Source of the DNA: Eledone cirrhosa
Lineage: Eukaryota
DNA length: 64,000 bases
NCBI GenBank assembly: GCA_964016885.1
Contig: OZ024746.1
Span: forward strand, 59,148,001-59,212,000
Direction: 5' to 3'
Shown here: in pieces, positions 29,192-43,624 of the stretch
Layout: every line of letters starts with the position of its first letter
How positions within the stretch are numbered: position 1 is the stretch's first letter
Position numbers and translations under genes: made by a program
Notes under the pieces: model-generated
Seen by the model: the letters and a program-made list of their open reading frames with translations, nothing else
What the model was told of the DNA's origin: nothing
Database searches by the model: none

Positions 29192-30198
29192 TAAAGAAAA
29201 AGGGATGAAATCGAAAATGCAACTGAAGTGTTATTTTTTTTTAAAATATATATATTTATTTGGTTCCTTTACCGGTTTCGCAGTTCTTCTGCTTTTCAAA
29301 AGGTGAGTTGAGATGGAGGGTCTGTGGTTTTTCTCACATCTGGTTGGTCTCTAAATGTTACTTGTTTTATATGGAAAAAGTGGCTCGAAAGCCAGGTTTT
29401 TCGAGAAGTAATTTGATTGGTTTGTCAATAATTATAATAAATTTCGAGCCAGTTCGCGTTACAATAGTTCTTCAAATAAGAGAGGGGGGGTTGTCACAGG
29501 TTGTTTTTTCATATATGAGTGTTTGAATTTCTTTTTACTTGAAAAAATGAGGCTCACGAAGGCTTTTTTTTGGTTGGTTATAAATGAAATTTGGCTGTCA
29601 CGTGAACAAGTTTCATTACATTTTTGCGCCCTTATTTGGAAAACTATTCTGTAGTCTTTATAGTGAATGTTATGACAATGGAGAGATAGTGGTCAAGGGA
29701 AAAGGGATTGGGAGAAATGTTCTGGTTCAGTGAATATGGCCAGCTGTCAGAGTTCAGGTGTCAGAGTTCAGATTTTCTATTGAGACTGAAGATATGTGTT
29801 TATTTGTGTGCTTGTGTGTGTGACAACCCCCCCCCCCCCTCCTCTCTTATTTGAAGAACTATTGTAACGCGAACTGGCGCGAAATTTATTATAATTATTG
29901 ACAAACCAATCAAATTACTTCTCGAAAAACCTGGCTTTCGAGCCACTTTTTCCATATAAAACAAGTAACATTTAGAGACCAACCAGATGTGAGAAAAATC
30001 ACAGACCCTCCATCTCAACTCACCTTTTGAAAAGCAGAAGAACTGCGAAACCGGTAAAGGAACCAAATAAATATATATATTTTTTAAAAAAATAAGACTT
30101 CAGTTGCATTTTCGATTTCATCCCTTTTTCTTTATACTTCCACTCGTGTAGGACACCTCGGTTATTTTTCATTTTGTAAAAAAAACCTCACTTTCTAA
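29192..30198. mobile_element. Fold-back pLTR element, family of 17024; hammerhead at 30023-30060 (+) with mirror copy
   Basis: Arms 29192-29498 and 29819-30134, ~320-bp spacer, ~60-bp tail. Confidence 0.85.
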
Positions 30199-30218
30199 TA
30201 TATATATATATATATATA

Positions 30219-30686
30219 GAATATTTTAGTATCGTGGTAGAGTAGAGGTTTAAAGGGATAAGCGATACATATAGTTAGTTGCCAAATGCTGGTGCATTTG
30301 TGCTCAATACTTGTGCCTACAGGATTAAATATCGGAAGCGTTAATATTTAATGGGCGACAATATAAGCAGAGCGGTTACAAATGAAAGGATTACAAAGGA
30401 GAATACATACTGTTAGAACATGATTATACAAAAGCACTTACGTACGTTTCGTCCGAAAAGGGCTTCTCAAGGCACTTACAAATCTAGAGAGTGTTCAGTA
30501 CAGAACCCAGAAGCGGTTTAAAGATGACAATCACATCAAATTTCATTCTTGATTCAAACAGACATGGTTGTTATTGTCACTCTCTAGATTTGTAAGCCCT
30601 TCACAAGCCCTTTTCGGGCGAAACGTACGGAGGTGCTTTTGTATAAACATGCTCTAACAGTATGTATTCTCCTTTGTAATCCTTTC

Positions 30687-30692
<6 letters not shown>
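30219..30692. mobile_element. Fold-back pLTR element with U3-A8 hammerhead
   Basis: Arms 30380-30493 and 30578-30690; minus strand TTGAGAA-GCCC ttttc GGaC-GAAAC-GTAC-GTA. Confidence 0.75.
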
Positions 30693-30728
<36 letters not shown>

Positions 30729-30907
30729 AAAAACACAGGTAAGCATTAAGATAAGGATTTTATCCAGGTATTTACGACCGTTTCATTGGTAAGTGCAACC
30801 TTATATTGCTATACTGCATATATATATATACAAATATGTATAGGTATTTAACTATATATATTTTTTTTTCTTCCTAATAATCGTCTTTTTCTTCCTCTTT
30901 TTATATA

Positions 30908-31010
<103 letters not shown>

Positions 31011-31410
31011 TATATATTAATAAATGGAAACTATACTTATAAAACCATAATTATTTTATTATATATATTTCAAGGGCGACCAAGGTAAATTATGGTGCGC
31101 TTTCATCAGATAAAATACAGATTTGTTTTATAAATAAATATTGACATACTCGGAAAAAAGACAACTTCAACGGTTGAAATTCGCTGGATAGGTATTTTAT
31201 CTGATGAAAGTATTTTATCTGATGAAAGCGCACCATAATTTACCTTGGTCGCCCTTGAAATATATATAATAAAATAATTATGGTTTTATAAATATAGTTT
31301 CTATTTATTAATATATTGTATATTTACTTCACTAACTGTTGAGAGCTTTATATCAGTTATAAAAATGTTTAAGCTTGTTGAATCCCAACAAATTAAATAT
31401 AACCTCTGCA
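31011..31410. mobile_element. Fold-back pLTR element with hammerhead at 31211-31276
   Basis: Arms 31011-31118 and 31210-31316; TATTTTAT-CTGATGA-stem II-GAAAT-ATAT-ATA-ATAAAATA. Confidence 0.8.
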
Positions 31411-31695
31411 TATATATATATACTCATCTCATAAATGTAATCACATGTATACGTGAACATTGACGTCGTCCCTGCGATACATGTTCTTCTAATTCAATAT
31501 AATTAACAAACAGAATAAGATTTCATCAATTTGGCCGTTAATTTATTATAATTTCAAACGAGTGTGTTTAGATTTTGGCAAAGCTAAAACCCACAGGAGG
31601 TGTTTGTATTTGTCGGTTCCATTATGTCTGGAAATTAGTGAGATAAGCCAGCCAATCTCTCAGTTTTACTTTACAAATCATATATTATTGAACCT

Positions 31696-31746
<51 letters not shown>

Positions 31747-31816
31747 TTCCCTCTCTCTCTCTCACTCACACTCTTTCTCTCACATATACTCACACATATG
31801 TACATATATATCTATG

Positions 31817-31928
<112 letters not shown>

Positions 31929-32095
31929 GTAGTAAAAGTTAGGTGGAAATATCCAACCGTAATAGCACTCAGTCCATAGGACGAGTTTAGTGTAGATAAT
32001 TACAGCAGTGACATAAACAGGTACTCAAGTTTCGTTGAGTCATGGGCCCCAATTCATTCTGCCTGTCATGTTTATTTCACTGTTGTAATTATTTG

Positions 32096-32140
<45 letters not shown>

Positions 32141-32144
32141 ATAG

Positions 32145-32231
<87 letters not shown>

Positions 32232-32559
32232 GAGAGACGTGACCGGGGATGCATATTGAATCATATACGAAATATATATATACATATATAATGTGAAAGC
32301 AAAGGACAAAGACAACGGAAAGACAAACAGCCTCTTCTCATTAGTCAACCAATGGAAATTACTAGTGTTACAGTGCATTATATATGTATAACTAACTCGT
32401 CTCATGGACTGAGTGCTCTACCACTACGGATATTACCTTCCAGTGTTCTACCACTATATATATATATATATATATATAGCCTGAGGAAACACATATATAT
32501 TTAAACATAAGCATATATATATATATGCATGTAGCCCACCTCATCTCTCTATTCTTCAA

Positions 32560-33068
32560 ACTTTTAATTTTATATGTATATATATAACTTTGACTTTAAC
32601 TTTGATAGGTTTCCGCCAGTATTGGTCTAGGCCATGTCTAACTTAATAGCACCACCTGGCGAAGTCTTTCAAATCAGGATTTGGACATCATGGCCCACTC
32701 AAGAAGGGAGTTATTGTTTACGGAGAGATATCAAAGTATAGGACGTTTATCAGGGATTTCTTGAAGGAATTTGTCCAAAGACGTCTTGAAATTCATGGGG
32801 TCTGTTTCTGTTTTAATGTTTTGGTGTAATGTTGAAAAAAGCGGGGCAAATTCAGGTGAAATAATTGTGCCGTATTGTTGTTATGAGATGTGAGTGTGAT
32901 TTTTGTGTGGGCGGATAGCACGGGGCCTGAGCCTTGGGTGTACCTTCAAGGTGATGCCAACATCATTTGGGCAATGCTGATAGAATATTCTCCACATCAT
33001 TCAGATAATATAGCGCCCACGGCGACGTTGGAGAGAATACAGTTTGAGTTTTTCTAGTAGACCCCATA
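32560..33068 (-). mobile_element. CR1-like LINE 3' fragment
   Basis: LKLYSLQRRR, FKTSLDKFLQEIPD, NNNSLLEW motifs, decayed. Confidence 0.75.
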
Positions 33069-33087
33069 GATATATACATACATACAT

Positions 33088-33698
33088 ACATGGTGGCTGC
33101 TAACTCGTTTTCGAGTACGGCCACTACTTTATATCCATGTAGGAGAACCCCTACCGATGCGCTGGACGAGTGTGACTTTGTAGTCCAGCCAGCGACTTGA
33201 AAACTCTGGTACAAACACTACACTTGCGACAATTATTGACACATAGTGCTGGGCCCATGGTACCATGTGACGACAAGTGCAGAGAGATCTCCAGATATAA
33301 AGCAATGCCTGTGCCGTGAAGCTTTTATAGTGAGCAAAGGCACTGCACAAAGCCAGTCCCACTCTCTTAACCAAGATGATATTTACCAAAAAGAAGAACA
33401 AGTCAACATCATTGGATACCATCAGGGTTGCAGGTGTTATATCAGAGTTTTCCTTCTCCTAGAATTCTGCCTTGACAAAGGCTAAGGGGTCATCTCTCCC
33501 GGTGATTTTGGATGGCAATTGACTCTTAAGAGCTCCTTTGCCCTTTGACAGGTTTTGTTTTAGTCCTGCAGGATGTCCAAAGTCACCCTCCTCACCAAGA
33601 AACCATGGAGGGTTGCCAGTTTAGTCACCAACGACCCGACCATGAGACAGGTTGTACTGGGATACATGTTACCAGTAGCACCAACTGGTGACCTGACA
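33088..33698 (-). mobile_element. Non-autonomous bipartite RTE derivative, longest 5' end
   Basis: Near identical to 22525-23122; (ACAT)n flanks. Confidence 0.8.
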
Positions 33699-33878
33699 TA
33701 CAACACATACATACATACATACATACATACATACATACATACATACATACATACATACATACATACATACATACATGATGGCTGCCCCCTCGTTATCGAG
33801 TATGGCCATTGCACAAGAAAAAAAATAAAAATAAAAATAAAAATAAAAATAAAATAAAAAATAAAAAAAAAATAAAAA

Positions 33879-33916
<38 letters not shown>

Positions 33917-33952
33917 TTTTAAAAAAAAAGGGGAAAAGATATATATATATAT

Positions 33953-34027
<75 letters not shown>

Positions 34028-34127
34028 TATATACACATACACACACACACATATACATACATACATATATACACACACACATACATACACATACACTCAC
34101 ACATATATACAAACATACATTAATAAC

Positions 34128-34158
<31 letters not shown>

Positions 34159-34237
34159 GCAATAATAATAATAACGACAACAACAATAATAATATACATA
34201 TTCATATATATATACACACACACGCACGCACATAAGC

Positions 34238-34276
<39 letters not shown>

Positions 34277-34279
<3 letters not shown>

Positions 34280-35600
34280 TAGCAACTAACAGTGCTGCGA
34301 TCGAATGTGGCTTTTTAGCCCAGCCAATGATCTAAAATGTCTTGCACAGAGTCGGCAACCAAAACATTTACTGGGAATAGTCGGCTGTGGTTGGAGTTCG
34401 TGTACTTTTGCATGTCGCTTGAGTCCTCCTGCTGATTTACATTCTCTACCACATGTTTGGCAAGCATGATGAGTAGCATCTCCAACAGCAGCCTGGTAGT
34501 CAACCACTGGTCTTACTTTATGACTGCGAAGATGACTTTCGAGTCCAGCTTTGCTTAGGCAGAGTCTCGCACAGACGCTGCATGTCAGAACCATAGGAGG
34601 ACCCTCGCCGTCTGGAAGTGCAACAGCAATGCCCTTCCTCACGTCCCGCTTTACTTTCTCGTGTGCGATTCGAGATGCCTCAAAGGCAACTTTTCCCTCA
34701 TATACAGTCTTTCTCCATTTATTACGATCAGCAGCAATATTTTCCCATGTATCAGCAGAGATGTTAGCGTCTTTCAGAGAGGCTTTCAAGGAATCCTTAT
34801 ACCTCTTTTTTGGTTTATGTGGCGGTCGTTTTCCTTTAACCAACTCTCCATAGAAGAGTTGTTTTGGTATTATAGAATCCTTCATCCTGGCAAGGTGACC
34901 ACTCCAACGGAGTCGCTGCTTAAGCACAAGAGCTTCTATACTGTCACACATAGAGCTTTCCAAAATCTCGACATCACTGATGTGGTCCCTCCAGTGAACG
35001 CCATGGATCCGTCTGAGACACATCTGATGGAAACGCTCCAGTTGCTTAAGGTGGCGTCGATATGTGACCCAGGTCTCGCAGGCATAAAGAAGACAAGAGA
35101 GTACACATGCCCTGTACACCTTTACCTTTGTCCTCCTGCATATGTCTCGCCGACCCCAGAGTCGCTTTTCTAGCTTTCCGAAAGCATCACTTGCTTTCCT
35201 AATCCTAAGTGAGATTTCACTGTCAAGGTTGCCGTATCGATTGACAGTGCTTCCCAGGTAGACAAACTGATCAACCACTCCAAGTCGTTTGCCATACACA
35301 TAGATGTTTGGTTCAGTGTACTGCTTACCAGGGGCAGGCTGGTACATGACGACGGTTTTCTTGAGACTGACAGTCAAACCCAGGGCAGTGCAAGCGTCAG
35401 AAAATACATTCAAAATGTGCTGCATATCACTCTCTGTGTGCGCTACAAGATCGCAATCATCTGCATACAAGAGGTCTCTTATGACTGATGTAAATACTTT
35501 TGTCTTCGCAGCAAAGCGCCTGATGTTAAATATGCTGCCTGAGGTTCGATATCGGATGTAAACACCATGCTCGCAATTCCTGAATGCAATACAGAAAACC
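34277..35600 (-). mobile_element. 5'-truncated RTE LINE with open RT C-half and three C2H2 fingers
   Basis: ORF 34286-35668: LLYADD, FVYLGS, LLYACETW, LRWSGH, C..C...H fingers; the N-terminal MYVC part is microsatellite. Confidence 0.92.
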
Positions 35601-36066
35601 ATACATACATACATACATACATACATACATACATACATACATACATACATACATACACAAGAACACAACTAGTTAGGAAATTACAAGTACAATCTAGTAA
35701 ACAGTAAATATATGTAAAATATTCCAAACATTTTGCATCTAATAACTGCATACACACATGTACAGATACTAAGAATATACACATGCACACATACAACTCA
35801 AAACATACACATCCACACGTACAATAAAATCCATATCTACACCTGCAGGGATGCAGACATATCTACCTAGTTGATGTTGTGTAAATTCCAATGAGAGAGT
35901 CTTGTATCTATGTTAGAAACCGACTCTCTCTCTCTATTGGCTAAAAGTTGTGAAATTATAAAACCAGAAAAACATACATACGTACATATATATACATACA
36001 TACATACATACATACATACATACATACATACATACATACATACATACATACATACATACATACATA

Positions 36067-36408
36067 CATGGTGGCTGCCAACTCGTTTTCGAGTACGGCA
36101 ACTACTTTATATCCATGTAGGAGAACCCCTACCGATGCGCTGAACGAGTGTGACTTTTTAGTCCAGCCAGCGACTTGAAAACTCTCGTACAAACACTACA
36201 CTTGTGACAGTTATTGACACATAGTGCTGGGCCCATGGTACCATGTGATGACAAGTGCAGAGAGATCTCCAGATATAAAGCAATGCCTGTGCCGTGAAGC
36301 TTTTATAGTGAGAAAATGCACTGCACAAAGCCAGTCCCACTCTCTTAACCAAGATGATATTTACCAAAAAGAAGAACAAGTGAACATCATTGGATACCAT
36401 CAGGGTTG
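36067..36408 (-). mobile_element. Truncated copy of the non-autonomous RTE derivative
   Basis: Identity to 33088-33430. Confidence 0.8.
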
Positions 36409-36989
36409 CATACATTCATACATACATACATACATACATACATACATACATACATACATACAAACATACATACATACATACATACATACATACATACATA
36501 CATACATACATACATACATACATACATACATACATACATACATACATACATACATACATACAAAACACCAGCACCAACAGTTTTGCAAGAGTTGTCAACA
36601 TGAATGGAGCTGTTATTTTTATCTAAAGACATTTTTTCCAATTCCATCCCGCCTCAATCTATTTTATTTCTCATTCTTTCTTCTGACGAAGGACTAGCGC
36701 CCGAAACATTAATACCCTCTTCCTGCTATATCAAGCGTTAATCTGATATATACCTTCCATATACTGTACCGATTGTGTTGTTATTTCTGTTTACCTTTTA
36801 CATACATATATACATACATACACGATAGACTATTCCGTTGATCTTGACGGCGTTAGTCCAACGGCGATATATACGTCTATCTTTGATGTGACACTGAAGT
36901 CCCTTCAAAGATTAGTATACAAGGCCACATAGAGTGCCCGAGTGTTAGTTACGTGACACACACATATATATATATACTGTAAATATATA

Positions 36990-37086
36990 CAGGGTGTCCC
37001 AAAAAATGTATACACACTCAGATTAAATGTACAGGCAATATTTATTAGAATGCTGTTGAAGTGTGTATAAATTTTTGGGGGACACC

Positions 37087-37088
<2 letters not shown>
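36990..37088. mobile_element. Tc1/mariner-type MITE
   Basis: TA|CAGGGTGTCCCAAAAAATGTATACACACT with imperfect inverted copy at the right end. Confidence 0.75.
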
Positions 37089-37165
<77 letters not shown>

Positions 37166-37639
37166 GTGTGTGTGTGTGTGTGTGCATGTATATGTATATA
37201 TATTTATATATATTTATATATATACATATATATAGAGAGAGAAACATAGAGAGAAGGAAGATATAATTAGATAGATGCATATATATAGTTATTTGTTTGT
37301 GTACATGTGTGTGTGCATGTGTGAATGTGTGTGTCTGTTTATTGTGTGTGTGTCTGTCTGTCTGTGTGTGTATGTGTGTGTGTGTGTGTATGTGTGAGAG
37401 AGTGTGTGTGTGAGTGTGTGTGTGTATTTGGTGACAATGGTAATGATTAAGCCAAAGGAATCGATAGTTGTCTGATATGTATCCCATACCAACCAGTTTA
37501 TTTCGGAGATGATAGATGTAATATTCCATTAGAGTACATGACTTGCCTCAGTTATCATGTAGGTATAATCCATTTTGTAGATGGGAATCTCGTGGTAGAC
37601 CACGAAAGAGGCGGCCCCTTCTACCGATACTGCCAAAAT

Positions 37640-37843
37640 ATTGGTTTCTTATATAGGCACAAGGCCAGTAATTTGGGGGGAGGGGAAAGTCGATTAAATT
37701 GACCCAAGTGCGTGGCTGGTACTTTATTTTATCGACCCCCATAAGGATGAAAAGCAAAGTTAACCTCGGCGATACACAAATCATAAAGGGCCGTAACTCT
37801 ATGCTGGAAAGCATGGCGTTTGACCCTCTACCGATACTACCAA
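37640..37843 (-). mobile_element. SINE (Nin/Deu-like)
   Basis: Core and tail motifs. Confidence 0.8.
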
Positions 37844-38324
37844 AATATTAATAACAGGAAAGGCTTTATATTCAATGGAGATGAAAACAGAAAGAAAATA
37901 TGTTTGAAAAATTTCAGAATATTACATTAGCTGATTATTTGAGCTAAACTAAATGTTAAAGACATCGAAATGGTCTAGAAAAAAAATCACCAGATCGTAG
38001 AAAAATGTCGCTATTTTCTAGTTGATTGTGCTATTATAATTTTCTCAATAATAAGGATATTTAAAATTAGTTCCAAACCATTATTCAACAGCTTGATTTG
38101 AAAACAAGGAATCGATAAACGTGTGATTACCGGCAAAAAGATGACCAAAGTTTTATTAATTTATATTACAACTAATTTAGATCCAGGATGGAAATCAATT
38201 TTATCTTTTTTTATTTAAAAAAAAAATGATGATTTAAAAATGATATATTATAAAATTAAAATAAATCTAAACAATATTTTTACTTCGAAGGGTATTTTTT
38301 TTTTTTTTTTTTGTAGTTGATATT

Positions 38325-38765
38325 ATTGCTGTTGCTACTGTTGTTGTTGTTGTTGTTGTTATTCTTGTCATTGTGGCTGCTGCTGTCATTGTTGATGTTG
38401 TGGCTATTCTTGCTCTTGTCATTGTTGCTGTGTTGTTGTTGTTGTTGTTGCTGCTGTTATTGCTCTTGTCCTAGTTGCTGATGTTGTTGTTGTTATTGCT
38501 ATTGTTGTTGTAGTTGTTGTTATTACTATTATTGCTCTGTCATTGTTTGCTGTTGTTGTTATTGTTCTTGTTGTTGTTATTGTTGCTGTTGTTGTGTGTT
38601 ATTGCTATTATTTTTCTTGTCATTGTTGCTGTTGTTGGTGTTATTGTTGTTATTGCTCTCATTGTTCTTGTCGTTGTTTGCTGTTGCTATTATTGTTTGT
38701 ATTGTTGTTATTGCTGTTATTGTTGCTATTGTTGTTCTTGTCACTGTTGCTGTTGTTGTTGTAAT
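38325..38765. repeat. (GTT/ATT/GCT)n low complexity
   Basis: Direct reading. Confidence 0.9.
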
Positions 38766-39042
38766 TGTTTCATTTATTAAACATTGTGAGATAAAATTAC
38801 CGGAAAACGACGTTGTGTGATGATATAAAATAAATATTTGTTAAACAAATATTGTATACGCTTAATCTTTTAGTAAATACCCGATAACAGGTTTTTATTT
38901 TATATTATGTAGTTCATACTTTTTATAGTTCTAGTTGTTTGTAAATCATTAATCCTTTTTTCGAAGCCGTTGACTGTTTCACAATATTGCTGTAGGATTA
39001 TCCAGAAAAATAAAGAAAAATACTGAATGTAAAAAAAAAAAA

Positions 39043-39116
<74 letters not shown>

Positions 39117-39339
39117 ATAAATAAACCAAATAAAAAAAAGAAAAAACAATCTCTTGACGTCTTGAACCAACAGCCATTATTCCATATAACAAGAACTATA
39201 AAGGATGAAGAATGGCTGCAAAACAGAGATGATTCTTTTAAGACAAAACAGCAATCTTATCCCAGGTGGCCTCCATTAACATTCATAAACTTTGATTCGG
39301 TAATGTTGGTAAAAAAAAAAAACAGAAAACAAAAAGACA

Positions 39340-39795
39340 TAACAACAACAACAACAGCAACAACAGCAATAGCCACAAATACTACAACAACATCATCAGT
39401 ATCAACAGCAGAAGTAGCAACAACAACAACAACAACAACAGCAGCAGTAGTAACCACAACCACTCCATCATCACCATCACCAACAGCAGCATCATCACAG
39501 CCAACAGTAGCATTAACAGCAGAAGTAGCAGCAACAACAACCACAACAGCAGCAAAGACGACAACAACATCATCACCAGCAACAGCAGCATCAACAGCAG
39601 AAGTAGTAACAGCAGCAACAGTAATCACAACCACTACATCATCACCACCACCAACAACAGCAGCAGCAGCAACAGCAGCAAAAGTAGCAGCAACAACAAC
39701 AACAACAGTAACCACAACCACTACATCATCATCACTACCAACAGCAGCATCAACAGCAGAAACAGCAACAACAACAACAACAACAACAACAACAG
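39340..39795. repeat. (ACA/GCA)n low complexity
   Basis: Direct reading. Confidence 0.9.
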
Positions 39796-40019
39796 CGGGA
39801 AATGGCGGGTTTTATGGCTGAAGAAAGAAGAAAATATGAAATAAAAATAAAAAATACAATGTCTTTGTTGTAATTATTATTATTATTTTTTGTTGCTGTT
39901 TTATATATTTTAGTATTTTTATTAGTTGTGGTTGTAATAATGTTAGTAATGTTAGTAATAATACTAACAGTGGTTGTAATATTTACTCTCTCTAATCGTT
40001 TCTCCTTCCTCTTTCCATT

Positions 40020-40066
40020 CTCAGTTTATCTCTCTCTACTCTCCCTCCCTATTTATTCTCTCTCCC

Positions 40067-40114
<48 letters not shown>

Positions 40115-40324
40115 CTCCTTCTTTATTCTCTTTCTCGCTCTCTCTCTCTTTACTCTCCCTCTTTATTCTCTCTGTCTCACTCTCTCTATATATATATATC
40201 TCTATCTCTCTATCTCTCTCTACTCCCCATTCTTTATTTTCTTTCTCTCTCCCTCTTTCTCTTTATTCTCCCTCTTTATTTCCTTTATGTCTTTCTCAAT
40301 TTCTTTTTCTTTCACTCTCTGTCA

Positions 40325-40409
<85 letters not shown>

Positions 40410-40520
40410 TCTTTATATCTACTTCCTATTAACTGTCTTTCTCTCTATGTCGATCTATCTATCCTTCTCTATTCTTTCTACATATCTCTCTTTCTCTCTC
40501 ATACTCCATCTCTCTCCTTG
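40020..40520. repeat. (CT)n polypyrimidine tract
   Basis: Direct reading. Confidence 0.9.
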
Positions 40521-41020
40521 TTACATTTTTATCTTCCCACGTTAGTAACGGAAATTTTAACCTTCTCCTTTTACCCCAGTGTCGTCATCCTCTATAATTC
40601 CTTTCATTTTATCTAAATACATTTTTTTGCCTTCATATCATTTTCCCCTTACGTTTTCATTTCCCATCCATTCGTTTCCTCTTTATCTGCCTCTTCCCCT
40701 TTAATATTGGTTATTCTTTATATTTTTTATTCCTTTCTGCATGTTTTTATACTATATTATTTGATATTTCTATCCACACCACCTGACCCACCAATCCCAC
40801 ACAGTCCTACCTTCAACCAACACCGCTACCCTACTTTCTACTAAAATATTATTTTTGCTTTCAATATTTTCATGTTTTCTATAGTATTCAGCGTTTACTG
40901 GATTTACAGAATCATTAGAACTTTAGATATACAGCTTCATGTGCTTTCTTTAGCTATGTTCTGAGTTCGAATTTCGTCGGGACCAGCTTTTATTTTTTTC
41001 ATTCTTACAGAGTTAATAAA

Positions 41021-41234
41021 GGCGGTGGATTAGCAGTATCGGTAGAGAGTCGGGCACCATGGTTTGCAGCATAGAGTGACGGTCCTTTACGGTCTGAGTT
41101 CAAATCCCACCGAGGTTAACTTTACCTTTCATCCTTACGGGGTCGATAAAATAAAGTACCAGTAACGTACTGGGGTCGATTTAATCGACATTCCCCTCCC
41201 TCCAAATTACTGGCTTTGTGCCTATATTAGAAGT
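41021..41234 (+). mobile_element. Full SINE with 20-bp target-site duplication
   Basis: CATTCTTACAGAGTTAATAA on both sides. Confidence 0.9.
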
Positions 41235-41269
41235 CATTCTTACAGAGTTAATAATTTCAAGAACTTGGG

Positions 41270-42660
41270 CAGGGAGTCGACCTTTCTGATGGAATCGGCC
41301 GAAAGATGGATCCGTCCTACACGCGATAACAGCTGTTCGACAACACTCCACAAATCAGCTCCCGTCAACTTTTCGTATCCCTCTAATAAATTGCTGACTA
41401 CCTCGAATCCGTGAATTTAAACCTATCATGGTGACGTTGTCTGCATATGCCGACCAAGCCATTCTCGTTTCAAGAGGGATGCCCCCAGCTTCTGCAGTAA
41501 TGGCTCAAGATTCAGTACATACAAAGGAAGGCAAGAGGTTATCCTTTGTTGACCAAGCGAGTTATCTGAAACTGTTCCAATAGGTGGCAATTCAGTCTGA
41601 CTACCGAGCAGATGCCCCTGTGCATTGCAGTGATTCAGCCTTGAAAACAGCCTCCAGGTATCGATGATCGACCCGATCAAAAGCTTCTGATTGATTTAAA
41701 TTGGTCAAAGCCCCAATGAAGCTAAGATTACTCCCTACTCACTCTATGGTGTATCACATGAGGTGGAGGTTGTTATGTTTTGAACTAGTCGGGATTGCAC
41801 ATGAATGCGCTTCTCCGACCAGACTTATGACGACAAACGCCAACCTCTTTACTAAGACATTGGCTAAAACTGAGCCGAGTTATGGGCCGTACATTTTAAT
41901 TATATCTCCCTTGTTCACGTCTTCCTCGTCAGCGTAACTACTCTCTGTCTTACAGAACTGGGGAACCTCCCGTTCTGTTACCAATTACAGTAGAGTACTA
42001 CGAGGACATCGGCGAACAAGTTTGGCATATTCGAGCGTTCTACGCCCCGTACCCCCGCTTAGGTCTTCCCGTATCTTGGGGCTGGTATCATTGGCTGTTC
42101 ACAGCATTCCGCATCAAATGTCGAGTGTCGCAGTAGGCCGTCGAAGTAAGGACTATATTCTGTCACTGTCACCATTCATACGCTTGCCCTACCTCTTGTG
42201 CAAAGTGGTGCTGGAATCGAACAGCACGCGCCCTTTTCGATCCACCAAAGATCGAAGAGTGAATTCGTGAAACTGGACTCCATCGAACAGCTTGTGTTCT
42301 TTCGTGTCTTAGAGCACGTGCTTTGGGTCTGACAATACAACCTTCTTGATTCGCATTGAAGAAATGGGCTTGTGCCACTTTCACAGCTAGGACGTCTCTT
42401 CTAGTTTAGCTACTATATCCCCCCCCCCCCCACACACACCGGTTTACTGTTTATTCCAGACGCATAAAGAAATCCGGCCGTTCTGCCCCAGTCAGAGCCT
42501 TGTCGACCACAAGTCTAAAAGCACCACTTACGATATTGTTCGCATCCAAGCATTTCATAAACAGCACTGCCACACATTCCAAGCTGACTAAGAGATGATA
42601 GATCTCAAAGTCGTCGAAAATGGGAACTAGTGCGGGCGGATAGGAAACTCTGTCCTCGTT
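41270..42660 (-). mobile_element. Decayed Tx1/L1-like LINE RT region
   Basis: Remnants of KAFDRVDH, LYVLNLEPLLQKL and AYADNV. Confidence 0.65.
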
Positions 42661-43129
42661 GACAGCTAGTGTGGTTGAGGTTTGTTTTTTTGTTGGTGAT
42701 GTTTATTTTTCGAAATGAAAGACTAGATAGAAAGAAAGAAAGGAACGAACAAAGAAGAAGAAGAAGAAGAAGAAGAAGAAGAAGAAGAAGAAGAAGAAGA
42801 AGAAGAAGAAGAAGAAGGGGGAGGAGGAGATTGGGAGGAGGAGGTAAAGGAAATGAGGGTATCTAGACATTAATGTTCTGAAACTCGATATACTAAATAG
42901 TTTTGAGACAGAAGAAAATTGAATTTATTTTAAATCATAAAGTTGAAATTTAAATTTTGAGCATCTATCGATGGTATGTATGTATGTAGTATGTAGTATG
43001 TATGTTTGTGTGTAGTATGTATGTTTGTGTATGCGCGTGTGTATGCGTGTGTGCGTGCGTGCGTGCGTGTGTGTAGGTGAGTACATATGAATATAAATAA
43101 TTATATAATATATATCTGTTATGTCTCTC

Positions 43130-43247
<118 letters not shown>

Positions 43248-43257
43248 TATACATAAA

Positions 43258-43334
<77 letters not shown>

Positions 43335-43403
43335 ACATATATATATTATATATATGTATATATATATGTATATATATATATATATATATAAATATACATA
43401 TAT

Positions 43404-43456
<53 letters not shown>

Positions 43457-43519
43457 CATATATATATAGATATAGATATATACACATACACACATATATA
43501 TATATATATATATACACAT

Positions 43520-43556
<37 letters not shown>

Positions 43557-43578
43557 TTTATTAAAATAACAGATTAAC

Positions 43579-43624
<46 letters not shown>

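Noticed and set aside
39162-39821. Mucin-like Thr/Ala ORF
   Set aside because: Low-complexity repeat with a non-ATG start and poly-A runs
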